64,000 nt of DNA from Actinomycetota bacterium. GTDB lineage: Bacteria; Actinomycetota; CADDZG01; JAHWKV01. This document shows positions 29,872 through 38,926 of the stretch, in pieces (position 1 is the stretch's first letter; every line of letters begins with the position of its first letter). Both the position numbers and the translations under genes were made by a program. The DNA lies in contig JAUJPC010000002.1 of NCBI GenBank assembly GCA_030447305.1, positions 384,927 to 448,926 on the forward strand. Reading direction: 5' to 3'. Below the pieces are notes generated by a model that saw only the letters and a program-made list of their open reading frames with translations, made no database searches and was not told the DNA's origin.

Positions 29872-29952
29872 GAAAAGTCGGTGACCAACTATTACGGCTG
29901 CTTCGTTATACTAAGCTTAGTCACTTCAAAATAGGATAAATAGGCCACAGGA

Positions 29953-31104
29953 ATGACACCAAGCTCAGGGCAGGATTTACTCAAACAAGCCAAGGCTGCG
30001 GCGACGGCCCTGCCTCCGGACGAGGTTGCCCGCATCACCGAGGACGACAAGGTGACTCTCGTCGACGTTCGTGAGGGCGACGAGTGGCGCAGGGGCCACC
30101 TGCCCCACGCCGTCCACGTCCCCCGGGGTTACCTGGAGATGCAGGCGGAGTCCAAGGTGCCCGAAAAGGACGCTCCCATCATCGTTTACTGCGCCGGAGG
30201 CAACCGGTCCGCTCTGGCGACCGAGACCCTCAAACAGATGGGTTACACCGACGTGAGGCACATGAGCGGCGGGTTCACCGCCTGGCGAGACTCCGGCCTC
30301 GCGGTGGTAAAGCCCGTCGAGTGGACCGACAGGCAGATGGACCGCTACTCCCGGCATTTCGTGCTGCCCGAGGTGGGGGAGGCCGGACAGCAGAAAATCT
30401 TGCACGGGAAGGTGCTCGTCATAGGCGCCGGGGGGCTCGGCTCGCCGGCTCTGTACTACCTGGCAGCTGCCGGTGTGGGAACCCTTGGAATCGTCGACAT
30501 GGACGACGTCGAGGAAAACAATCTCCAGCGCCAGATCATTCATTCCACCGCCAAAGTCGGCATGAATAAGGCCGAGAGTGCAGGCAAGACCATCACCGAG
30601 CTCAATCCGGACGTGAAGATCGAGGTGCACAAGGAGAGGTTGACGCCCGACAACGTGGACGAGATCTTTGCCGGCTTCGACGTGGTGCTGGACGCCACCG
30701 ACAACTTCGGCACTCGGTACCTGATCAACGAAACCGCTCACAAGTACGGTATCCCGAGCATTTACGGGTCCATCTATCGATTCGAGGGCTACGCCAGCAC
30801 CTTCTGGCCGGCGAAGGGGGGACCGTGCTACCGGTGCATGCACCCGGAGCCGCCGCCGCCCGAGCTGGCCCCCACCTGAGGGGAAGCCGGCGTCCTGGGC
30901 GTGCTCCCGGGAGTGATTGGAGTCCTACAGGCCAACGAGGCGTTGAAGATCCTTGTGGGTTACGGCGAGCCGCTGGTTGGGCGCATCCTGACATTCGATG
31001 CCCAGACGACGGAGTTCGGCGAGCTGAAGCTGCGGAAGGACCCAAGCTGCTCTACCTGCTCGGTGCCGCCTCCGGCGCTCCAGCCGGTTGCGGTTGCTAG
31101 CTAG
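29953..31104 (+). CDS. rhodanese-MoeB/ThiF fusion sulfurtransferase with in-frame TGA at the active-site Cys position (selenocysteine candidate, or nonsense-interrupted)
   Basis: Track ORFs 29953..30879 and 30901..31104 share one frame, split by a single TGA at 30877-79; context CYRC...ELAPT-TGA-GEAGVLGVLPGVIG aligns with MoeB CYRC...ALTCVEAGVMAPLIGVIG; rhodanese Cys in VYCAGGNRS; ThiF Gly-rich loop and second CxxC. Confidence 0.6.
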
Positions 31105-31166
31105 ACCCCGGAAAAGATAGAGGCCTGCGCCAAGCGCAAGCCTTTATCGGTAGTTAAAGGGTTTTC

Positions 31167-31532
31167 TCAGCGCCTGCGACGTCCTCTGCTTCCACCGGCT
31201 CCGCCGCGGCGCTTCGGGGGACCACCCGGCCTGGGTCTGCGGCGCGGCGGGGGAGCGGCGGAGGGATCAAGACCCGTTACGGGCCCTCGGTTGGCCAACG
31301 AGAGAGCAACTGCGTCGGCTACCTCCTCGCAGATCTTCGAACCGCCTTCGGTCCCAACTATCAATTGAAACAGAACGCTGCGTTCCAGCTGCTCAATGGA
31401 GTCGACCACCTTGTTGCGCATCCCGGCTGAAGTTCTCCACTCAGCGTGGATACGCCCGGATGGCGGGATCTCGATCTTAAGATCGGCTTCCCCGACTTTA
31501 CCCTCCCACGCGACCGAGGAGGCTAGGTTCAA
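31167..31532 (-). CDS. hypothetical protein with Arg/Pro-rich basic C-terminal tail, start overlapping csp stop
   Basis: ORF start overlaps csp stop by 4 nt; tail [18 protein letters not shown]; no recognisable family. Confidence 0.3.
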   Translation of the reverse strand: MNLASSVAWEGKVGEADLKIEIPPSGRIHAEWRTSAGMRNKVVDSIEQLERSVLFQLIVGTEGGSKICEEVADAVALSLANRGPVTGLDPSAAPPPRRRPRPGGPPKRRGGAGGSRGRRRR

Positions 31533-31738
31533 GCGCCGTCTACCGGCCGGACGGAGGACGCCTGGAGGCCCTTGGGGCCCTGCGTCACCTCAAACTCGAC
31601 GGTCTGACCCTCCTCGAGATTGCGGTACCCGTCACCTTCGATCGCGCTGAAATGCACGAAAACGTCGTCACCATCGGAGCGCGAGATAAATCCGTAGCCC
31701 TTCTCGGCGCTGAACCACTTAACCGTGCCACTGGCCAT
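31529..31738 (-). CDS. cold-shock protein (CspA family)
   Basis: [15 protein letters not shown] and [11 protein letters not shown] motifs; start set to ATG after GGAAGGAGGG. Confidence 0.92.
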   Translation of the reverse strand: MASGTVKWFSAEKGYGFISRSDGDDVFVHFSAIEGDGYRNLEEGQTVEFEVTQGPKGLQASSVRPVDGA

Positions 31739-31870
31739 ATGCACTTCCCTCCTTCCATTGAAAACTTTGTCAGTTACCCGACATGGAGGGACTGCTGGTA
31801 CTGCACTTGAGCATGGACCTGGGCTGTGCCCTCAAGCCTTACTTTAACACCACGGTCTAAGAATCGGAAA

Positions 31871-31904
31871 ACCAAAAAGGACGGCCTTCGGGCCGTCCTT
31901 TTTC
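31871..31904 (-). terminator. rho-independent terminator downstream of DUF4383 gene
   Basis: AAAAAGGACGGCC ttcg GGCCGTCCTTTTT perfect hairpin with T-tract. Confidence 0.7.
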
Positions 31905-31919
31905 GCTGACTACAGGAGT

Positions 31920-32309
31920 TCAGGCGGTGGCAACATTGCGCCGGCCGGCCAGGCCGACTGCCAGAGCGGCGATTCCGGACGCGAAGTGCAGACCGTTGTC
32001 GGCTCCGTTGATCGCCAGCAGGTCGTTGATGAACTGGACGTTCAGCAGTCCGATGATTCCGACCAAAACATAGGTACCTCCGATTAACAGCGAGGCCATG
32101 CGAGCATTGGCGTCGGTACGCGCTGCACCGAGGAAGGCGAGGCCGATGAGCAGGTGAACCACGTTGTGGACTGCCGTTATTCCGAAGATGCCGAGCAGCT
32201 GGTTCGGGGTCTGGTCGATCGTGCCCCCAAAAAACGAAACGAATCCCAGTATTCCTATGAGCACGTAAACGCCACCGAACGCGGTGGCGAACTTCTGAGC
32301 CAATGTCAT
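31920..32309 (-). CDS. DUF4383-like small membrane protein
   Basis: Four hydrophobic helices with conserved His-containing segments. Confidence 0.55.
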   Translation of the reverse strand: MTLAQKFATAFGGVYVLIGILGFVSFFGGTIDQTPNQLLGIFGITAVHNVVHLLIGLAFLGAARTDANARMASLLIGGTYVLVGIIGLLNVQFINDLLAINGADNGLHFASGIAALAVGLAGRRNVATA

Positions 32310-32497
32310 GCCGTTTCCTCCCTTTCGAAGAGATGCCTTTACCGCATATTCTGAGAAAGGGGTCTCTTCGGATTGGCTCTCCGACCAGAAATTGAGGCTG
32401 GGTGGAATGCTGGGCAGTGCTTACTGCAGTACCGTCGGCTAAACGGAACCTGTTGTTTTGTGATGCAATCTTTCCCCCGGGGAGTTCCGAATACCTG

Positions 32498-33103
32498 ATG
32501 AGAAGCAGGACTGGAAAGCCCTCCAAGGTCGACGAGCAGTTCGACGAGGCGGAGCTGGTCGGCGGCCTGGCCGCAGGCGATGAGCGATGCCTTGCGGCGC
32601 TGTACGACCGGTATGGCAGCGCAGCCCTGGGGCTGGCCTTCAAGATCTGCGGAAACCGGACGATCGCGGAGGACATTGTGCAGGAGGCGTTTCTAGCTCT
32701 TTGGCAGAGGCCCGACAGGTTCGATGCAAAACGCGGGTCCGCCGGTGCTTTCCTCATGGGAATCGTTCACCACAAGGCCGTCGATGCCGTTCGCCGGGAA
32801 GAATCCGTGCACCGGCGTGAGGATAACTTCGCCGGTGGTGCCCCCGAGTTCTCCGAGGATGAGGTGGTGGACGCTGCCTGGATCTCGATGCGGAGACAGA
32901 AGGTTCTGGCGGCGCTGCGGCAGCTCTCCGATGTTCAGCGAGAGGCCCTGGAGCTGGCCTATCTGCAGGGTCTTACCTATAGCGATGTCGCGGCCCGGCT
33001 GAACATCCCGCTGGGCACCGCTAAGACCAGAATGCGCGACGGCATGATCCGCATGCGCGCCTTGCTGTCGCAGAGTGAGGGGACCGGTTCCTATGACTCA
33101 TGA
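32498..33103 (+). CDS. ECF-type RNA polymerase sigma factor
   Basis: Sigma-70 region 2 and region 4 (LSDVQREALELAYLQGLTYSDVAARLNIPLGTAKTR); start set to ATG after GGGGAG. Confidence 0.85.
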   Translation: MRSRTGKPSKVDEQFDEAELVGGLAAGDERCLAALYDRYGSAALGLAFKICGNRTIAEDIVQEAFLALWQRPDRFDAKRGSAGAFLMGIVHHKAVDAVRREESVHRREDNFAGGAPEFSEDEVVDAAWISMRRQKVLAALRQLSDVQREALELAYLQGLTYSDVAARLNIPLGTAKTRMRDGMIRMRALLSQSEGTGSYDS

Positions 33104-33860
33104 CGAGTTGAAGGGTCTCGTACCGGTATTCGCCCTCGACGCGCTGACGCCCGCCGATGAGGAAGAGCTCGTCGCCCATCTGAAGGTCTGCCGGGAGTGC
33201 TCCCGGCTTCTGGACGACCATCGTGAGACGGCGGGAATGCTGGGCTTCGCGGCAAGCAGCCAGCGGGCTCCCGCAGACCTGAGGGACCGGATTATGAGCC
33301 AGGCCTCCAGGACCGCCCAGATGAGGGCCACAAGCGCGCCCGTGCAGCAACAAAGATCGAGTCCGCCACCCTGGCGGTGGCACTGGGCTGGGCTGGCGGC
33401 TGCCTGCATCCTTGCCCTGGTGGCCGGCGGGCTGGCCTTCCTGCGGATCGATAGTCAGACCGAGCCCCTGACGCAGCAGCAAATCGTCATCGCCAGGCAA
33501 CGGGAGGTGTTGGACCTCATTAGCTCGCCCGACTCCATTATGCTATCCATGGTGCCCACCCCCGCGTCTAGGGGGGCGGAAGGGAAGGCCTTCATATCGG
33601 ACACGGAGGGATCCGCCGCGGTGGTCGTCTCGGGGCTCGACCCTCCTGGCGACGATGTCTACACCCTGTGGCTCATTGCCGAATACGATCCCAAGCCGGT
33701 GACCGACTTCGTACCTGAGGACGGCCTGGCGCTGTTGCCCGTGGAGGCACCGGTCCGGCCCGACATGACACTGGCGGTAACCCGGGAACCCGATCCGGGA
33801 AGGTCCAGCCCCGCGGGTCCGGTCATCATGTCCGCGTACCGGCCTGAAGATCTGGCTTAG
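33093..33860 (+). CDS. anti-sigma factor (zinc-binding, single TM, RskA-like)
   Basis: Overlaps sigma gene by 11 nt; HLKVCRECSRLL motif, TM segment, periplasmic domain. Confidence 0.7.
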   Translation: MTHDELKGLVPVFALDALTPADEEELVAHLKVCRECSRLLDDHRETAGMLGFAASSQRAPADLRDRIMSQASRTAQMRATSAPVQQQRSSPPPWRWHWAGLAAACILALVAGGLAFLRIDSQTEPLTQQQIVIARQREVLDLISSPDSIMLSMVPTPASRGAEGKAFISDTEGSAAVVVSGLDPPGDDVYTLWLIAEYDPKPVTDFVPEDGLALLPVEAPVRPDMTLAVTREPDPGRSSPAGPVIMSAYRPEDLA

Positions 33861-34999
33861 GAGGTGCCCACCCGGCTGAGCCATCTGTGGGGCTGAGCCA
33901 GCTCGGCCAGGTCCGGCAGATTCTCCGGCTTCTCCCATAGGTGCTCCAGCTCTCCGGCGGCGGCGATGGTGACGACGAACCGGTTGCCCCGGCGCTGCTG
34001 CTCGTTGCCGAGGTCCAGGCCGAACATCTTCTCCATCATCCGCTCGGGTGAGGACCGTTCGGCCCGGCGGCGGGTCATGCCCTCGGAGATCCTGTCGAAC
34101 TGTTCGGTGAGTCCGAGGCCGGCCTTTCTTACGATCCAGTCGCTGTAGCCCTCCGCCGCACTCGTAAAGCACTGGATCCTCTCGACAAGGGCATCCTGCG
34201 CCGGCGAGCGCAGCAGAGGGAACAGATCCTCCGGCCGCTGCACTATTGTGCTGAGCTCATCGGGGTTGTTGAGGTTGCCGAGGCGGGAGACCAGCTGGGA
34301 GGAGTCGATCTCGGTTGCCTGGATGTACTGCTCGATCAGACCTATTAAATACGGCCGCATCCATGAGACCGCCTGGAAATGCAGCTCATGAGACACCTCG
34401 TGCAGGGCCAACCACATCCGGAAATGCTGCGGCTTCACCTGAAGATCACGTTCGACATCCAGCATGTTTGGGAAGTTGAAGCACAGTCGTCCTTTGCGGG
34501 TCCGAGGCAGACAGAGATCCCACATGCCAAGCGCCTTGTGCGACAGATAGCCGACTACGATCCCTATCTGGGAACCCATCAGAAAGGGGCTTATCGCCCC
34601 CAGCAGGGGAGCGGCGGGCCCCAGCCTCATGCCGGCGGCCGCATCTGTTGACAGCTTGGCGGCGAGGCTTTCGACCAGCTGCTTCAGGGCGTCAAGGTTG
34701 ACGTGAGCCCACTGAGTACGCCCAACCAGCCGCACGTCGGCTACTCCCTGGACCGGTCCCCACCCGCTGTGCCCGATTACCGCGAGCTCCGCGATCCGGC
34801 ACGCCTGACTTAGCTCCGCCACATCTGCAGCGGAAGGCTTTCCGCTGCGGCGGCCGGAGCCGGCGACTGCTTCGGAGATTTGAGCGGCTATCTTCCAGTC
34901 GACAGGTCCGGACTGACCCCTGAGAGCGTTGTTGATCTCGCGGAAGAGGGGAATCTCCAGAAGCCTGCGGAAGAGTTCGGAGTTGTCGATTCCGTCCAT
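33857..34999 (-). CDS. zinc-dependent metalloprotease (HEXXH)
   Basis: LHEVSHELHF zinc motif; actinobacterial hydrolase-like layout. Confidence 0.65.
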   Translation of the reverse strand: MDGIDNSELFRRLLEIPLFREINNALRGQSGPVDWKIAAQISEAVAGSGRRSGKPSAADVAELSQACRIAELAVIGHSGWGPVQGVADVRLVGRTQWAHVNLDALKQLVESLAAKLSTDAAAGMRLGPAAPLLGAISPFLMGSQIGIVVGYLSHKALGMWDLCLPRTRKGRLCFNFPNMLDVERDLQVKPQHFRMWLALHEVSHELHFQAVSWMRPYLIGLIEQYIQATEIDSSQLVSRLGNLNNPDELSTIVQRPEDLFPLLRSPAQDALVERIQCFTSAAEGYSDWIVRKAGLGLTEQFDRISEGMTRRRAERSSPERMMEKMFGLDLGNEQQRRGNRFVVTIAAAGELEHLWEKPENLPDLAELAQPHRWLSRVGTS

Positions 35000-35141
35000 T
35001 CAACTAGTTTGTCATCCCTTGAGTTCGAGAAAATGCACAGCATTGCTCCGCAAGGCTACAATCATGTTTGAACGACAATTGAGTGGTTACACTTGCCTCG
35101 GCAAGCCAAAGCAGTTTGGACACCAGAGAGGGGGATTTCCG

Positions 35142-35225
35142 GTGGACCTTGTTAACCCGGTATTTTGGGTGGTTCTGTGCGTTCTGGGCCTTGCCTACGT
35201 CTTGGCACTGGCACTAAGGAAGTAG
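35142..35225 (+). CDS. candidate 27 aa hydrophobic micropeptide
   Basis: GTG start 6 nt after GAGGGGGA; VDLVNPVFWVVLCVLGLAYVLALALRK. Confidence 0.2.
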   Translation: MDLVNPVFWVVLCVLGLAYVLALALRK

Positions 35226-35373
35226 AGATCGTTCAAGCTTCACCGGAGCGCCGGCTTTGTCCGGTGCTCCTTTTTGCGGGCGACGCCAGGTTCTCTCACC
35301 CTTGGGTGAACCTTCAGTTAACCTAGCTGTTCCAGCGCTGGTCTAAAAAACGCACACTCCCGGAGGACACTCA

Positions 35374-35535
35374 TTGGCCTATCTAATCTTCGCCGTTGTG
35401 ATGGCTACCGCCATCATCGGCTTCCTCTCGATGAGGTGGAAGACACCGAACGACCCGGCCAAGTCGGTCGACTCATTTCAGCGCGCCATCAAGGCTCTTG
35501 CACCCGAGGGGGAGGGTAAGAGCCCCGAGAGCTGA
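35374..35535 (+). CDS. small membrane protein (53 aa), hypothetical
   Basis: TTG start after GGAGGA; single TM (LIFAVVMATAIIGFL); ends 11 nt before mreB. Confidence 0.35.
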   Translation: MAYLIFAVVMATAIIGFLSMRWKTPNDPAKSVDSFQRAIKALAPEGEGKSPES

Positions 35536-35546
35536 ACGGAGTAGTG

Positions 35547-36551
35547 ATGGGCCGCGATCTGGCGATCGATCTGGGCACAGCAAACACCCTGATCTACGCG
35601 AGCGGCCGGGGCATCGTTCTCAACGAGCCCACCGTGATTGCGCTCAACCGGGAGAACGGCCGGGTCCTGGCAGTGGGCCAGGAAGCCTGGCACATGATCG
35701 GGCGCACACCTGGTTACATCGTTGCCGAGCGTCCTCTGCGCCGTGGTGCAATCAGTGATTTCGACATCACTGAGCGCTACATCCGGCTGCTAATGGAGAA
35801 GGCCGGCGTCAGGAAGATGGCTCGCGCCCGGGTGCTGATTGCCATTCCCTCGGCGATCACCGGCGTGGAGCGCCGGGCCGTTCAGGACGCAGCGATTGCT
35901 GCCGGGGCACGTTCGGCCTATCTGATCGAGGAACCGGTGGCGGCAGCCATCGGCGCAGGTCTGCCGATCCAGGAGCCCACGGGCAACTTCATCGTCGACA
36001 TCGGCGGCGGAACGAGTGAGGTCGGGGTACTTGCGATGGGCGGCGTGGTCGTTAACAAGTCGATCAGAGTAGGCGGCTTCGACATTGACGACGCGATCAC
36101 CAAGCACATCCGCAAGGAGTACGCCATCGTTGTAGGCGAGCGCACCGCCGAGCAGATCAAGATCGCCATCGGCTCCGCCTTCCCGCTTGCCGTCGAGGAG
36201 AAGGCTGAGATCCGAGGAAGGGACCTCGCGACCGGTATGCCGAAGACCCTGCAGATCACCTCTGAGGAGATTCGAGGGGCCATCGCGGAACCGGTCTCAC
36301 AGATTCTCGAGGCCATCGTCTCGGCTCTGGCCGAGACCCCCCCGGAGCTGGGCCAGGACATTCTGGCGAGGGGAATCGCTCTCACCGGCGGAAGTGGCAT
36401 GCTGAGAGGAATGGATATGAGGATTGCGGAGGAGTGCGACGTGCCCGTTCACCTGACCGACCGGCCCCTGGAGTGTGTGGTCTTCGGAGCCGGAAAGTGT
36501 CTCGACACTATGCATCTGCTGAAGGACCTCTTCGCATCGTCGAGCCCCTAA
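35547..36551 (+). CDS. mreB: rod shape-determining protein MreB
   Basis: Actin-like ATPase motifs (LAIDLGTANT, DIGGGTSEV); ATG after GGAG. Confidence 0.9.
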   Translation: MGRDLAIDLGTANTLIYASGRGIVLNEPTVIALNRENGRVLAVGQEAWHMIGRTPGYIVAERPLRRGAISDFDITERYIRLLMEKAGVRKMARARVLIAIPSAITGVERRAVQDAAIAAGARSAYLIEEPVAAAIGAGLPIQEPTGNFIVDIGGGTSEVGVLAMGGVVVNKSIRVGGFDIDDAITKHIRKEYAIVVGERTAEQIKIAIGSAFPLAVEEKAEIRGRDLATGMPKTLQITSEEIRGAIAEPVSQILEAIVSALAETPPELGQDILARGIALTGGSGMLRGMDMRIAEECDVPVHLTDRPLECVVFGAGKCLDTMHLLKDLFASSSP

Positions 36552-36619
36552 CCCGCGATGAAAAAGCCTGACCACACCGTCTTGAAGCGCGCATCCTTCA
36601 CCCGAAGCGGCTTATCCCA

Positions 36620-37804
36620 ATGATGGAGTTCAACTGGGTCGACCTGGTGATACTGATCCTGGTGGTGAGCTCCGCGGCTCACGGGCTCGTGCAGGGAGCG
36701 GCCGTTCAGGTGTTCTCTTACGCCGGCTTCATTCTCGGCCTGATCCTCGGCGCGAAGCTGGGACCGATTGCCGGTCAGATGGTCGAGAATCCAGCCATGC
36801 GGATTCTCGTGGTGGTCGTGACCCTGTTTGCCACGGCCTCCCTGATGGGGACCATCGGCAAGTTCATCGGGGCCAAGGCAACCTGGACCGTCCCCAGGAG
36901 GTCGCCTCTCGGCACGATGAACTCTGTAGGAGGACTGGGAGTGGCCGTCCTGATGACGCTGCTCAGCACCTGGCTGATCGGCGGCATGCTGGCGCACATA
37001 CGCTTCGGCGAAATTGGTGCCGCTTTTCAGACCTCTAAGGTTATGCGAGGCCTTACCGAGAGGTTGCCGCCGGCGCCCGCCATCTTCTCGAGCATTCAGC
37101 GCAGCCTGCTGCCGTCGGGCTTCCCCCCGGTGTTTGCCGAGCTCGAACCGTCTCTCGCGCCCGAGGTTCCCGTCACCGGTAACCCCGATCTGGCGGCCAT
37201 CGTCCGCGCCGTGCGTCCGAGCGTCCTCAAGGTCACAGCCGATGGATGCGGCCGGCGTACCTCCGGGTCGGGGTTCGTGGCAGCCCCGGGATTGGTGGTG
37301 ACGAACGCCCACGTGGTTGCCGGCGTTGACCGTCCGTCCGTGATCGACTCCGCGGGCAGCCACCGGACCTCTGTGGTCTTTTTTGATCCCGAGATGGACC
37401 TTGCGGTGCTTCGCACCAGCGGACTCGCGGGCAGGCCACTCCCCCTGCGGCGGCAGGAGGCTTCCCGGGGCCAGCAGGGAGGTGTTCTCGGCTATCCGGC
37501 CGGCGGACCTTTTACCGCACAGCCCGGAGTGGTGCGTTCCCTTTATCGAGATGCCGTCGGACGTGACATCTACAGCCGCGAGCTGGTGGCCCGGAACGTC
37601 TACCAGATCGATTCGGAAGTTCGCCCCGGCAACTCGGGAGGGCCATTCGTGGCGCCGGGCGGCCAGGTGGTCGGCGTGATATTCGCCTCCTCCCTGGTCA
37701 GACCACAAATCGCCTACGCGCTCAGCTCCGTGGATGTCGCCGCTAGGGTCGACCAGGCACGGGCGGTCACCGCCGGTGTCGACACCGGTCCGTGCACCCG
37801 CTAG
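36620..37804 (+). CDS. membrane-anchored trypsin-like serine protease (MarP-like; CvpA-type N-terminal membrane domain)
   Basis: Four N-terminal TM helices; chymotrypsin-fold motifs VVTNAHVV and GNSGGP. Confidence 0.75.
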   Translation: MMEFNWVDLVILILVVSSAAHGLVQGAAVQVFSYAGFILGLILGAKLGPIAGQMVENPAMRILVVVVTLFATASLMGTIGKFIGAKATWTVPRRSPLGTMNSVGGLGVAVLMTLLSTWLIGGMLAHIRFGEIGAAFQTSKVMRGLTERLPPAPAIFSSIQRSLLPSGFPPVFAELEPSLAPEVPVTGNPDLAAIVRAVRPSVLKVTADGCGRRTSGSGFVAAPGLVVTNAHVVAGVDRPSVIDSAGSHRTSVVFFDPEMDLAVLRTSGLAGRPLPLRRQEASRGQQGGVLGYPAGGPFTAQPGVVRSLYRDAVGRDIYSRELVARNVYQIDSEVRPGNSGGPFVAPGGQVVGVIFASSLVRPQIAYALSSVDVAARVDQARAVTAGVDTGPCTR

Positions 37805-38865
37805 GTTCGAACGTGGCCGGCAGTGCCCGCCACGAGTTGATCTGGCGCCGCGCCACCTGGTGGACCGTCCTCTTCTCACTTCTGGGTTTGGTGAGCGTGC
37901 TGGCGACGTTCGTAAGGCTTCCGATTCTGGTCCTGGAGCCCGGGCCGGCTCCCGATGTTGCCAGGCGGACGAGGATCGAGGCTCCGACCTTTCCTTCTGA
38001 GGGGTCGATCCACCTAACGACGGCACAGGTCAACGATCCCAAGGGTGCAACCGGCAAGGAGGTGCTTGCTGCCATCTTCAATGCCAATCAAACGGTGTTT
38101 CCCCGGGAGGCCATCTACCCTTCGGAGCGGTCGGACGAGGAAACCGCGTCCATTCAGGCGGCCCAAATGACCCAGAGTGAGCTGGAGGCGGCGGTCGCTG
38201 CGTTGAACGAGCTCGGCATGGCCTACCGGCCTGAGGGAGTCTTCGTAACAGAGGTCTCGCCAAGTTCGCCGGCCGCTGAAAAGCTTGTCGCGGGGGACAT
38301 CATCACCGCGATTGACTCCGAGCCGGTGAAGGTGCTGCAGGATCTCACCAAGGAGCTGGACCGCAGACGCACCGGTGAACCGACCCGCCTGGAAGTTTCG
38401 CGCGGCAGGAAGAAGTTATCCCTCACCGTGAAGACGGTGGAACCGCCGTCCGAGAAGAGCTCCGCACTCGGAGCGGAGCTGGTTCAGTACAACAGGCCGC
38501 CCATCGACGTGTCGATATCGAGCCGGGACATCGGGGGCCCGTCGGCGGGTCTGATGTATGCCTTGTCGATCTATGACCGACTGGTTCCGGACGACCTCAC
38601 CGGAGGAAGAACCATCGCCGGCACCGGCACTATCGAAAACGGCAAGCGCAGCGGGGTGGTCGGGGCGGTAGGGTCGGTGAAGCTCAAGGTCAAGTCCGCC
38701 GGTCGCATAGGTGCCCGCGTCTTTCTGGTCCCCAAAAAGGAGGCCGAAGAAGCACGGGAATCTGCCGGTTCTCAGATGCAGGTGATCGCCGTCTCCACCC
38801 TCAGGGAGGCCATCGCCGAGCTGAAAAAGCTGCCGCCGTCCAAAGTCGCCCAAGAAAAGGCTTAA
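37792..38865 (+). CDS. PDZ domain-containing Lon-like protease (YlbL-type)
   Basis: TM anchor, PDZ region, Lon S16 motif DIGGPSAGLMYALSIYD; overlaps MarP-like gene by 13 nt. Confidence 0.75.
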   Translation: MHPLGSNVAGSARHELIWRRATWWTVLFSLLGLVSVLATFVRLPILVLEPGPAPDVARRTRIEAPTFPSEGSIHLTTAQVNDPKGATGKEVLAAIFNANQTVFPREAIYPSERSDEETASIQAAQMTQSELEAAVAALNELGMAYRPEGVFVTEVSPSSPAAEKLVAGDIITAIDSEPVKVLQDLTKELDRRRTGEPTRLEVSRGRKKLSLTVKTVEPPSEKSSALGAELVQYNRPPIDVSISSRDIGGPSAGLMYALSIYDRLVPDDLTGGRTIAGTGTIENGKRSGVVGAVGSVKLKVKSAGRIGARVFLVPKKEAEEARESAGSQMQVIAVSTLREAIAELKKLPPSKVAQEKA

Positions 38866-38926
38866 GAAATTCCGATTGGTGCCGAGATATATGTGCGGTT
38901 GTCTAGACAAAGCGTAAATTGAGGCG

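Noticed and set aside
29953-31104. Treating the rhodanese-MoeB locus as two genes or a frameshifted pseudogene
   Set aside because: Both parts are in the same frame separated by a single TGA, with uninterrupted homology across it; a one-codon interruption, not a frameshift. Nonsense mutation remains a stated alternative to Sec.
31774-32757. 327 aa minus-strand ORF
   Set aside because: Overlaps the DUF4383 gene and the sigma-factor promoter region in another frame; Arg-rich artefact composition.
36548-38026. 492 aa minus-strand ORF
   Set aside because: Antisense to the MarP-like protease gene, which has clear S1 motifs.
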